Below, in pieces: positions 20,125 through 28,600 of a stretch of DNA of 55,877 nucleotides. Source of the DNA: a bacterium (lineage in GTDB: Bacteria > SZUA-182 > DTGQ01 > JAFGSM01). The translations under genes and the position numbers were made by a program. The stretch is taken from NCBI GenBank assembly GCA_049472335.1, contig JBLIRO010000031.1:1-55877 (forward strand). Reading direction: 5' to 3'. How positions within the stretch are numbered: position 1 is the first letter of the stretch; each line of letters begins with the position of its first letter. The notes beneath the pieces were generated by a model. That model had not been told where the DNA came from. It made no database searches and saw only the letters and a list, made by a program, of their open reading frames with translations.

Positions 20125-20599
20125 TACATTCACTCATTTTTCAATTTCTTATTTTCTTTCAAATAATAGATATATTAGTAATTATGGATCTATATTTATT
20201 ATTGGGTCTGTTCTTCCAGATATTTTAGGGCGTGTACCTGAGCTATTTTTCAAAGATCCTTATTGGATTCTTGCTCCATTTCACTCACCATTGACTTTAT
20301 TGGTAGTATGTTATTCTCTTAGCTTGTTATTTGAAAAACAGATCAGAATTTCTATTTTTAAATATCTCTTTATAGGGGCAATGTTTCATGTAATTGTCGA
20401 TCACTGTCAAATTCAGTTTGGATATCGAATCTATTATTATCCAATCTTTCCATTTTCATTTTGGGGTTTCCAGCTCCCAGTATTTCATCATGTCGACAAT
20501 AGTTTGTATCTGGTACCATTTTTTATAATTATTTTTTTTTGTATGTATGTGAGAAGATATTTTTTAAGACAAAAATATAAGTCCCCTATAAAATTTTAG
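20117..20599 (+). CDS. Membrane-bound metal-dependent hydrolase (YdjM-like)
   Basis: MPDTFTH...GSVLPD...FHSP...GAMFHVIVD. Start is probably ATG 20117. Confidence 0.7.
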   Translation: MPDTFTHFSISYFLSNNRYISNYGSIFIIGSVLPDILGRVPELFFKDPYWILAPFHSPLTLLVVCYSLSLLFEKQIRISIFKYLFIGAMFHVIVDHCQIQFGYRIYYYPIFPFSFWGFQLPVFHHVDNSLYLVPFFIIIFFCMYVRRYFLRQKYKSPIKF

Positions 20600-20632
20600 C
20601 ATTTAATCACGTTTATATATCAAGTTTAAAAG

Positions 20633-21574
20633 ATGAACATGATAAAAGTAATAACAGATGTGGAAGTACCTAAAAGGTCAAGTCTGGGAGGTAAAGCATT
20701 TTCATTATGTACTCTAAGTAAAGAGGGTATCAACATTCCAAAAGGATTCATAGTCACTTGTGAGGCTTTCTTTAGATACTTAGAATACAACTGCATTAGA
20801 GATAAAATTGAAAAACTAAGTTCTGAAATAAACCGTGAAAATTTACAGGAAAAAGTTAAAGCTATTTATACCCTTACTCAAAATAAGGAGATGCCGCCTG
20901 AAATATCTCAAGAAATTCATGATCATTTGAAGCTTCTTAATAATAAAGCAGTAGCAATTAGATCATCTGCTGTAAGTGAAGACAGTGCCAAATCATCTTT
21001 TGCCGGTATGCATGATACCTTTTTGAATATAAAACCCGATCTAAGTAGTATCATCAAAAATATAAAAAGATGCATGTTATCGTTATTTTCAGAACGAGCC
21101 GTCACTTATCGGCTAATAAAAAAATTAGGACTTATAGAAGGGATAGCTGTTATTGTGCAAGAGATGATACCAGCACAAGCAGCAGGTATAACCTTTACAG
21201 TCCACCCCATGATCAAAGAATGTATGTTGATTGAGGCATCCTATGGTATTGGGGAGTTAATTGTGAGCGGTAAAATAGAACCTGATGCCTATACCATAAA
21301 AAGAGGCAGTTTCAAAATATTGAATAAAACAGTTGGCCTAAAAGATAAAATGTGTATTGTTGATAATAGTGGATGTAAAACCATTGCTGTAAAAAAGGAC
21401 ATGATAGATAAAGATGCATTAAAAGCTAATGAAATAGAAAAGATATCCAAAGAGTGCTTTAAGATAGAAAATATCTTCAAGGGCCCACAAGATATAGAAT
21501 GGTGCATTTTGAATAATAGAATATGGATCCTTCAGTCAAGAATAATAAAGGAGGTTATGAAATATGGGGTATGA
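20633..21574 (+). CDS. Stand-alone PEP/pyruvate-binding ATP-grasp domain (PEP synthase/RPH N-terminal)
   Basis: LGGKA, VAIRSSAVSEDSAKSSFAGMHDT, VIVQEMI, GIGELIVSG, PQDIEW, WILQSR. Confidence 0.92.
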   Translation: MNMIKVITDVEVPKRSSLGGKAFSLCTLSKEGINIPKGFIVTCEAFFRYLEYNCIRDKIEKLSSEINRENLQEKVKAIYTLTQNKEMPPEISQEIHDHLKLLNNKAVAIRSSAVSEDSAKSSFAGMHDTFLNIKPDLSSIIKNIKRCMLSLFSERAVTYRLIKKLGLIEGIAVIVQEMIPAQAAGITFTVHPMIKECMLIEASYGIGELIVSGKIEPDAYTIKRGSFKILNKTVGLKDKMCIVDNSGCKTIAVKKDMIDKDALKANEIEKISKECFKIENIFKGPQDIEWCILNNRIWILQSRIIKEVMKYGV

Positions 21575-22610
21575 ACAAATTATAGATCATTTAAATAGGA
21601 ATAGTTCCAAGCAGACTGCACTTCTAATAAGGCATTCAGAACGGTGTGAACCAGGTAAAGATAATAATTATTATAATATCCCCCTGACTCAAAATGGGCG
21701 AAAAATGGCCAAAGATTTTGGTAAAAGCCTACCAATTGATAGAAATTTCAGGATATATTATAGCCCGCCTCCACGATGTAAAGAAACTGCCGAACAAATA
21801 AAAGATGGCCTATTATCTAGTGGAGGGTCGGTATCTGAAACAAGTCAACAAGATTTCCTGGGCACAAATTTTATAAACAGCCATCAAAAAATGGTTTCTC
21901 TGATTGAAAAGATCGGTATTTCAGCATTTTCTCGAAAATGGATTTCCAGAAATATTGAACCGGAAATCATAAGTGATCCATTTATGGTTATCTCACAAAT
22001 ATTTAATGGCTTAATCAACGCTTTTGAAAATAAGGGCCATACAGGTAATGAAATAGATATTCATATCACTCATGATTGGAACCTTCTCGCAGTACGGGAT
22101 ATATTTTTAGATTTAAAACATGAAGTGTTGGGAAGACCTGATTATTTGGATGGTTTATTATTTAGCTATAATAATGAAAAAATAAGTTTAAAATATAAAA
22201 ATATAAAAAAAGAGTTTTATTATGGAATATCTGATAAGCTTGAATTGAAAGGCCTACCAGCAAGCCATGGCATAGAGAAAGGTGTCGTTAGAGTCATCCA
22301 CTCTTTAGATGATTTATCAGGCATGGAGGATGGTGAAATATTAGTTGCTTCTGAGACAAATCCCCAATATCTTAGTGCTCTTTTTAAATCAAGAGCAATA
22401 ATAACTGATCGAGGAGGCATCCTTTCACATGCAGCCATAGTTGCCAGAGAGACAGGGATTCCAGGTGTTGTAGCGACAGGACAAGCAACCAAAATCCTTA
22501 AAACCGGAGACTTGGTAGCCATTGATGGTGATAATGGGTTTATTTATCAGAAAGGAGGATTAAATGAGACAGAATGCAGATTATTCAGAAAAGATTATGA
22601 TGGCATATGA
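21564..22610 (+). CDS. Fusion of a histidine phosphatase domain and a PEP-utilising phosphohistidine swivel domain
   Basis: N-terminus LLIRHSER...PLTQNG...YSPPPRCKETA...ITHD. C-terminus GLPASHG...TDRGGILSHAAIVARETGIPGVV...IDGDNG. Confidence 0.85.
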   Translation: MGYEQIIDHLNRNSSKQTALLIRHSERCEPGKDNNYYNIPLTQNGRKMAKDFGKSLPIDRNFRIYYSPPPRCKETAEQIKDGLLSSGGSVSETSQQDFLGTNFINSHQKMVSLIEKIGISAFSRKWISRNIEPEIISDPFMVISQIFNGLINAFENKGHTGNEIDIHITHDWNLLAVRDIFLDLKHEVLGRPDYLDGLLFSYNNEKISLKYKNIKKEFYYGISDKLELKGLPASHGIEKGVVRVIHSLDDLSGMEDGEILVASETNPQYLSALFKSRAIITDRGGILSHAAIVARETGIPGVVATGQATKILKTGDLVAIDGDNGFIYQKGGLNETECRLFRKDYDGI

Positions 22611-23691
22611 TGCTGTTGCTGCCTGGATTGTGAAAGGACTGGGGGACCCCCCCCAATGGCCAAGAAATGCAATGGAGTGGGTGTATTTTCAGAGCCGGTT
22701 TTTTCCAAAAGAATTTCTGAGTCTGGTGAGTAGGCTTGAAGAAAAAGGATATAACCTTGAATATGCTGCACGGTTGATGCGATATCCTTCAACCATTACA
22801 CATTGGTTATATTTTCCGGAATCAAATTTTGGTTGTAGCGAAGAATACTGGGCACGTGATCTTTCATCCCAAGAAGGAGTCGATTTTATAGAGAAAACTA
22901 TAGATCTTTTGTATATTCTTAGAGGTTCAGATGTATTTTGCGAAGGATTAAGAAATACATTATTGAGTCATGAAGATATTACAAATATTATGTACCAGCA
23001 TGAATTTATAGGTGTTGAAAATAAGCCTGAAATCTCAAAAATTGTATCACTTTTAAATATGGTTCTATGGCACTATACTATTCTCATACAAGGGGGCTCA
23101 AGAGTCTATTCTCAGGAATTGCACGGCCCCTATCCATTAAATGACAGTGAGATACTTTTTATTAAAGAATACTCCGCATTAAAGCCTGAAGGTATATGGG
23201 AATTCACTTCAGCTTTGGACTATGAAGAAATTACATTTTATGAAATCTATAAAGATATTGAAATCAATATAGACATGTTTGGACATTATTTCATTTCAGA
23301 GCCCTCATACAAAAGTCTTAGCAAAGTTGCTATCCTTGTAAACAAAGAAAACATTAGTATGCAAAATATTAAGCCACTATATGAAAAATCATCACAGATC
23401 TTAGAAGCGGGCAATTCAATAGTGGCAAATTTCAATCGTACTGAATGGACAAAAAAGTGGATTGAATTGGGGTATCTGGCCTTAAAACCATTTAGAGACA
23501 TCTTGAATGAAAGCTGGTATCCCCCAGCAGAGATCTTATCTATGGCTGAGAGCGCAGAAGAAGCAAAGCTTGCAGACATAAGCTCGGATTATCATTTAAA
23601 CTTTGTTAAAAATACGCTTATGTCATGCAGTAAGGAAGATGCCATAGAAAAGATTAGAGATATGCACCTTAAGGCTATATACCATGAATAG
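22564..23691 (+). CDS. Hypothetical protein (375 aa) coupled to the PEP-utiliser module
   Basis: Long ORF with AGGAGG RBS inside the previous gene; no motif recognised. Confidence 0.75.
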   Translation: MRQNADYSEKIMMAYDAVAAWIVKGLGDPPQWPRNAMEWVYFQSRFFPKEFLSLVSRLEEKGYNLEYAARLMRYPSTITHWLYFPESNFGCSEEYWARDLSSQEGVDFIEKTIDLLYILRGSDVFCEGLRNTLLSHEDITNIMYQHEFIGVENKPEISKIVSLLNMVLWHYTILIQGGSRVYSQELHGPYPLNDSEILFIKEYSALKPEGIWEFTSALDYEEITFYEIYKDIEINIDMFGHYFISEPSYKSLSKVAILVNKENISMQNIKPLYEKSSQILEAGNSIVANFNRTEWTKKWIELGYLALKPFRDILNESWYPPAEILSMAESAEEAKLADISSDYHLNFVKNTLMSCSKEDAIEKIRDMHLKAIYHE

Positions 23692-23717
23692 CTTAAATAT
23701 ATTTTAATGTTAATCCC

Positions 23718-24857
23718 ATGAATCCCATGGTTGAATTACCAAATCAAAGAACTCTGCAACATTTTCTTTTACACAAACAGCATTTGGCCGCGGATACTAC
23801 CTCTAAAAAAAAGAAGGTTGTAAATATTGTGAAGGATATTTGTGCCTTACATGCACAGGTTCCAACCAGTCCATATATTTCATTGTGGAATAGAATGAAC
23901 AATTTCCAAATAAAAGATTTAGAAGACTCATTATATCAGCAGCGTTCTCTTGTCAAAATATGGTGTATGCGAGGCACATTACATATTATCCCCACAGAGA
24001 ATTTAAGTGAGTATTACCAATCTACTAAAAAAATTGGGGCTAAAAAGCATTTTCACTTCAACCAATATCATCAGAAAATTGTGGATGTGTTAAGTAAAAA
24101 TGAATCATTGACCGTTAAAGAAATTCGTTCTCAAATCATTCAACAAAAGAAAAATGAACCCGGTCAAAATTTGATCAAGGATAATCCAGGTATTATAAGA
24201 GAGATGTGTCACAAGGCATTATTAGTTCCTACTAAGCCAAAAGGACAATGGAAAAGCAACTTACATACTTATAATCTTTTAAAACAATGGTTGCCAACAG
24301 TAAAATTGGATATGGTGGATGAGTTAGAGGCCAAAAAAAAAATTATTATGCGTTATATATCAGTTTTTGGTCCTGTTCAATTAGAAGATATATCATGGTG
24401 GCTTGGAAGCCCTAAAAGAGAGGTCCAGGATATTTTGCCTTTGATAAGAGATAAGATTGAAGTAGTAAGACTTTCACAGATGAAAGGTATTTTTTTCATA
24501 GACCGATCTGATCTTGATTGCTTAAGGGAATTTTCAAACGATCGACCTTCTATACATCTTTTACCGAGGTTTGATCCATATATTATGGGTTACAAGAATA
24601 GAGAAAGGTTGATACCCAAGCATCATGAAAAGAAGGTATATTGGAGTACCAGAGCTGAAGTTTCAGCTTCAATTCTTGTCAATGGCCGCATTATAGGCAC
24701 CTGGAGCAGTAAAGATGACAAGGATAAACATAGATTTACCCTTTCATTTTTCGATAAAGTTGATAAAAAACTGATTGATACCATTTTGGCAAATGCAGAA
24801 AAGCTTGTTGGATTTATAAGTGAGAAACATCCGGTAATCTCTATAAATAAATCCTAA
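23718..24857 (+). CDS. AlkZ/YcaQ-family (HTH_42) winged-helix DNA glycosylase
   Basis: ALHAQ...PYISLWNR, R.LVKIWCMRGTLH, RYISVFGP...DISWWLG, LLPRFDPYIMGY..R, ILVNGRIIGTW. Confidence 0.9.
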   Translation: MNPMVELPNQRTLQHFLLHKQHLAADTTSKKKKVVNIVKDICALHAQVPTSPYISLWNRMNNFQIKDLEDSLYQQRSLVKIWCMRGTLHIIPTENLSEYYQSTKKIGAKKHFHFNQYHQKIVDVLSKNESLTVKEIRSQIIQQKKNEPGQNLIKDNPGIIREMCHKALLVPTKPKGQWKSNLHTYNLLKQWLPTVKLDMVDELEAKKKIIMRYISVFGPVQLEDISWWLGSPKREVQDILPLIRDKIEVVRLSQMKGIFFIDRSDLDCLREFSNDRPSIHLLPRFDPYIMGYKNRERLIPKHHEKKVYWSTRAEVSASILVNGRIIGTWSSKDDKDKHRFTLSFFDKVDKKLIDTILANAEKLVGFISEKHPVISINKS

Positions 24858-24967
24858 TCAACTTTAAATTTACTCAATTTTGAGGTTATTTAATAGGCAG
24901 TAAAAATTTTTTTACATCTGGTTCTTAAATTTTTTTTCGGGAGGATAATTTTAGAAGGAGGTTTCAT

Positions 24968-25252
24968 ATGGCCTATAATGACAGAGTGGGATATAAGGTT
25001 GTTGGTGTGATAAAAAAGGTTAAAGGATTTTGTAAGGCTGGTCATAAACCTGGAGATGAGATTGAGCTGAGTGGTCATGGCGCTGGAGGTTTGTGCGGAT
25101 TCTTTTATCATGAATTGTTTCCCTATATTATTATGCTCCAATTTGGAGGCAGCTTTCCAATTGAATGGGAGGGAGATCCTGATGTTATTAATTTCGAATG
25201 TTTGGATAAGAAAAATGCTGTAACTTTAGAGTTAAGGCGGATAAAAGAGTAA
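24968..25252 (+). CDS. TIGR04076-like small Cys-containing protein
   Basis: VKGFCKAGHKPGD...GLCGFFYHELFP...FGGSFP.EW...ECLD; AGGAGG RBS. Confidence 0.75.
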   Translation: MAYNDRVGYKVVGVIKKVKGFCKAGHKPGDEIELSGHGAGGLCGFFYHELFPYIIMLQFGGSFPIEWEGDPDVINFECLDKKNAVTLELRRIKE

Positions 25253-25259
25253 ATTCACC

Positions 25260-26228
25260 ATGACGGATCCAAAATCACACTCACTATTATCACTGAAAGA
25301 GGCTAACAGAGTTGCAGTTACCATTGTGATGGATAATTATTCTGAGATAACACTCCCACTGAGTGAGAGTGTATCAGAAGTTGTTGAAAGAGCCCCTATG
25401 GCAATTGATGGTAAAGTGCTTCCTGATTCTCTACTGGCAGAAAATGGATTATCCATATGGGTCAAAGTATTTGGTGATGAAAAAACAAGTAGTATTCTTC
25501 TAGATGCTGGATGGTCACAGATCTGTGTACCTCATAATTTAAATGTATTGGGTTTAGATATTTCTGAAATAGAAGCTATAGTGTTAAGTCACGGTCACAT
25601 GGATCATTTTGGTTCTTTATATCGGATCCTGCAATCATGTCATTGTCCCATAATTGTTCACCCTGATGTTTTCTTACCCCGATTTCACTCTTTGAAATCA
25701 GGCAAAAAAATAACCATGCCCAATCTCAAAGAGTCAGACTTGGAAAAAATGAAGGTTAAAGTCATTAAAACCAAAAAACCCTTTTCTCTAGGAAATGGAT
25801 TTATATTCTCTTCAGGAGAGATCTTGCGCACAATTGATTTTCAAGAAAAAACCAATAAATTATATATAGAACGATTTGGCAAGGTAGAGCCTGATAGGGT
25901 TATGGATGATCAATCTCTGATCCTAAATGTCAAAGGAAAGGGGCTTTTAATTATAACAGGTTGTGGACATGCAGGTGTGGTAAACATTATAAGATATGCT
26001 CAACATATCACAGGTGTGGAGTTGGTATATGCCATTATTGGTGGGTTTCATCTCATGGGCCCTTGCCTTGAACAGCTTACTGAAAAGACCATATTCGAAT
26101 TAAAAAAAATAAATCCTGTATGGGTAGTACCTATGCATTGCAATAGCTGGTATGCAACCCAAAAAATTGCCCAAAAAATGCCTGAACAATTTAAGCTGAG
26201 TAGTGTGGGTACAACATTTCACTTTTAA
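25260..26228 (+). CDS. Metallo-beta-lactamase-fold hydrolase (COG1237-like)
   Basis: AENGLS, LLDAG, VLSHGHMDHFG, DDQSL, GCGHAG, GGFHL, PMHC. Confidence 0.88.
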   Translation: MTDPKSHSLLSLKEANRVAVTIVMDNYSEITLPLSESVSEVVERAPMAIDGKVLPDSLLAENGLSIWVKVFGDEKTSSILLDAGWSQICVPHNLNVLGLDISEIEAIVLSHGHMDHFGSLYRILQSCHCPIIVHPDVFLPRFHSLKSGKKITMPNLKESDLEKMKVKVIKTKKPFSLGNGFIFSSGEILRTIDFQEKTNKLYIERFGKVEPDRVMDDQSLILNVKGKGLLIITGCGHAGVVNIIRYAQHITGVELVYAIIGGFHLMGPCLEQLTEKTIFELKKINPVWVVPMHCNSWYATQKIAQKMPEQFKLSSVGTTFHF

Positions 26229-26354
26229 GCAAAGTCAGAAAGGAGTTTTAGAGATTAACCTTTACCTATGGCCTAACGCACTGTAATTGCGGCATATTTT
26301 ATCAATCTAGTTTTAAGAGCCATCATTATAGGCATTATTTTTTCTCATTTTCCA

Positions 26355-26530
26355 ATTTCATCGCCTTTTTGACAATTTTATACTTAACATGTAAGATCAT
26401 GGTTTAGTAAGGTAATCAGAAAACAGTATTGGGGCAAAGCGAACTTTTTTCGATTTGCAGAAGATTTTTTAGCCCGCTTCCAGTTCAAAATGGATATTAA
26501 GCAATTTAAAAACCAGCAATTATTGGGATG
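26355..26530 (+). pseudogene. Degenerate fragment of a group II intron reverse transcriptase
   Basis: Frame from 26400 reads WFSKVIRKQYWGKANFFRFAEDFLARFQFKMD, matching the WF.KVV....GEA.L.RYADDFV..FQ...D region. Confidence 0.6.
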
Positions 26531-26538
26531 ATATAAAA

Positions 26539-27078
26539 ATGAGTCATGATCATAGTAAAAAACATTTACTGGTTGGATGCTGTGGCATGTCTTGTGGACT
26601 TTGCCCGCGGTTTTATATTGTAGGAAAATCTAAATGCCTGGGTTGTAGTTTGGATTCACACGGTTTTTATTGCTCTACCTTCAAATGTTGTAATGTTAAG
26701 AAGTCACTCGAAACATGTGCTTATTGCCAAGAATCACCTTGTGACAGGTTAAACCGCATGAAAGACTGGAAAAGTTTTAATACGGGAAAAATCTGGTTAC
26801 GGCATAATGAACAAATCAAAGAAAATGGATTAGAAGAATGGATAAAAATCCAAAATCAAAAAAAAGAATATCTTGAAAAGGCTTTAGAAGTATATGATGC
26901 TGATCGCTCAAAGAACATTATTTGTCTTTCATTCACACTCTTTGATATTAAAACTATAAAAAAATTAATGGAGGCTGCAAAGCTTGAGATTACAGAGAAT
27001 GATAAAAAAATAAAAGCAAAAAAATTTAAAATCCTCATCGAAAAAATGGCCCAAGATAAGAAAATTAAATTAAAATAA
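26539..27078 (+). CDS. DUF3795-like Cys-rich protein
   Basis: GCCGMSCGLCP...CLGC...CSTFKCC..KK.LETCAYCQESPC. Confidence 0.8.
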   Translation: MSHDHSKKHLLVGCCGMSCGLCPRFYIVGKSKCLGCSLDSHGFYCSTFKCCNVKKSLETCAYCQESPCDRLNRMKDWKSFNTGKIWLRHNEQIKENGLEEWIKIQNQKKEYLEKALEVYDADRSKNIICLSFTLFDIKTIKKLMEAAKLEITENDKKIKAKKFKILIEKMAQDKKIKLK

Positions 27079-27199
27079 CCCCCCATCAGGCTATCTTCAC
27101 AATAAATAGCATAATAATGCAATTTTCACATAAATTTAAAATCTTTTAAATTAAACAATTAATAATTTCTTTGCATAATGTTAGACTAAGGGAGTAGCA

Positions 27200-28540
27200 A
27201 TGTTAAGGAATCCTTTGTGCCAGTCTAAAAGTTCTGATGTAAATAAGAATATTCCTTTAGATAAGTCACCTGCCAGTATTATTCTTTATCCAGTTGCAAA
27301 TAAAGAAGTTGATCAGCAAGAAATATGGTCTCAACAAAGAAGTAGAAAAAAATTAGGAAATGGTATAGGTCTATACTTACACATACCTTTTTGCAAAAGC
27401 CTATGTACCTTTTGCCCTTTCACAAAATACATCTGGGAAAAAGATAAAGAAACTGATTATATCAAAGCCCTCAAGAGGGAAATTGACCTTTATACAAATC
27501 TTCCTCTCGTTAAAGGGAATGATATATCTACCATCTATTTTGGAGGTGGAACGCCTACATCTTTAAGTACAAATAGCCTTGTGGAATTATTAGATTATAT
27601 TAAAGAAAAATTCAAAATCATCCAGCAGCCAGAGATCACAGTTGAAACACATCCCTTAACCGTGAGTGAAGATAAGTTGGCAAAAATAAAAGACAAAGGC
27701 GTCAACCGGATTACAATGGGAGTTCAGTCATTTTCAGATAACCTATTAAAAATTCTTGGTTGTAAACATAATAAAAAACAATCAGTTTCTGCGATCAAAA
27801 CGCTCAAGGATATTGGATTTGATAGTTTCGGGCTGGATATTTTTTACAGAATACCTACACAAACAATGTATGATTGGGAAGAAAGCCTAGATATAGTCAC
27901 TGAGTTTGAACCTGATCATATAAGTTGCTACAATTTAGGTGTGTTTCCAGGCACATTGTTACATAAAAAAATTATTAATGGGGAAATTTCAAAGCAACCA
28001 GATTTGACAGTTATGGTGGAGATGTATAAAAGGGCCAGAATTTACTTAGAGAAACATGGATATCAAGAATACACCATATCCAATTATATGAAGGGAGGTA
28101 AAAGCTCTCACTACCTTAAGTTAACACTAGAAGCGCCTCAGGGTCAATATTTGGGATTGGGTCTTAGCTCTTTTGAATACGCCAATGATTTTTATTCACA
28201 CAAAGTATCATCTCTAAATGAATATATAGATATGATTGAAAAGAATATTATTCCATATTCAAAAGGAGTTTACATTTCAAAGGAGTTAAAAATGGCACGC
28301 TACATGGTGTTAGGGATAGGGTGTCTGAGGGTAAGTAAAACAGAATTCAAGAAAAAATTTAACCTCGATATCAATGAAGTCCATGGTGGCGTTATAAATG
28401 ATCTTAAAAAGTGGAATCTTATTGGTGAAGATCACTCCTGGATATGGCTTACAGAAATAGGTAAGGAATATGCAGCCAGTATATCCAAAATGTTTTACAG
28501 CAATTCAAGTAAAGGTATTCTTCAAGGGGAAAAGGTATAA
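27200..28540 (+). CDS. HemN-like (class C) radical SAM enzyme
   Basis: LYLHIPFCKSLCTFC, IYFGGGTPT, RITMGVQSF, HISCY, YTISNY, YLGLG; GGGAG RBS. Confidence 0.9.
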   Translation: MLRNPLCQSKSSDVNKNIPLDKSPASIILYPVANKEVDQQEIWSQQRSRKKLGNGIGLYLHIPFCKSLCTFCPFTKYIWEKDKETDYIKALKREIDLYTNLPLVKGNDISTIYFGGGTPTSLSTNSLVELLDYIKEKFKIIQQPEITVETHPLTVSEDKLAKIKDKGVNRITMGVQSFSDNLLKILGCKHNKKQSVSAIKTLKDIGFDSFGLDIFYRIPTQTMYDWEESLDIVTEFEPDHISCYNLGVFPGTLLHKKIINGEISKQPDLTVMVEMYKRARIYLEKHGYQEYTISNYMKGGKSSHYLKLTLEAPQGQYLGLGLSSFEYANDFYSHKVSSLNEYIDMIEKNIIPYSKGVYISKELKMARYMVLGIGCLRVSKTEFKKKFNLDINEVHGGVINDLKKWNLIGEDHSWIWLTEIGKEYAASISKMFYSNSSKGILQGEKV

Positions 28541-28600
28541 TTCTAACTTTAGCAGTTAATTTGGGCAAACCTCGATGAATGCTTTTTCAGAAGTTATGAA

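Noticed and set aside
20633..22610. Frameshifted PEP synthase (ppsA) pseudogene
   Set aside because: Both ORFs are clean with a normal overlap, no pyruvate-binding barrel exists nearby, and an unrelated phosphatase domain intervenes
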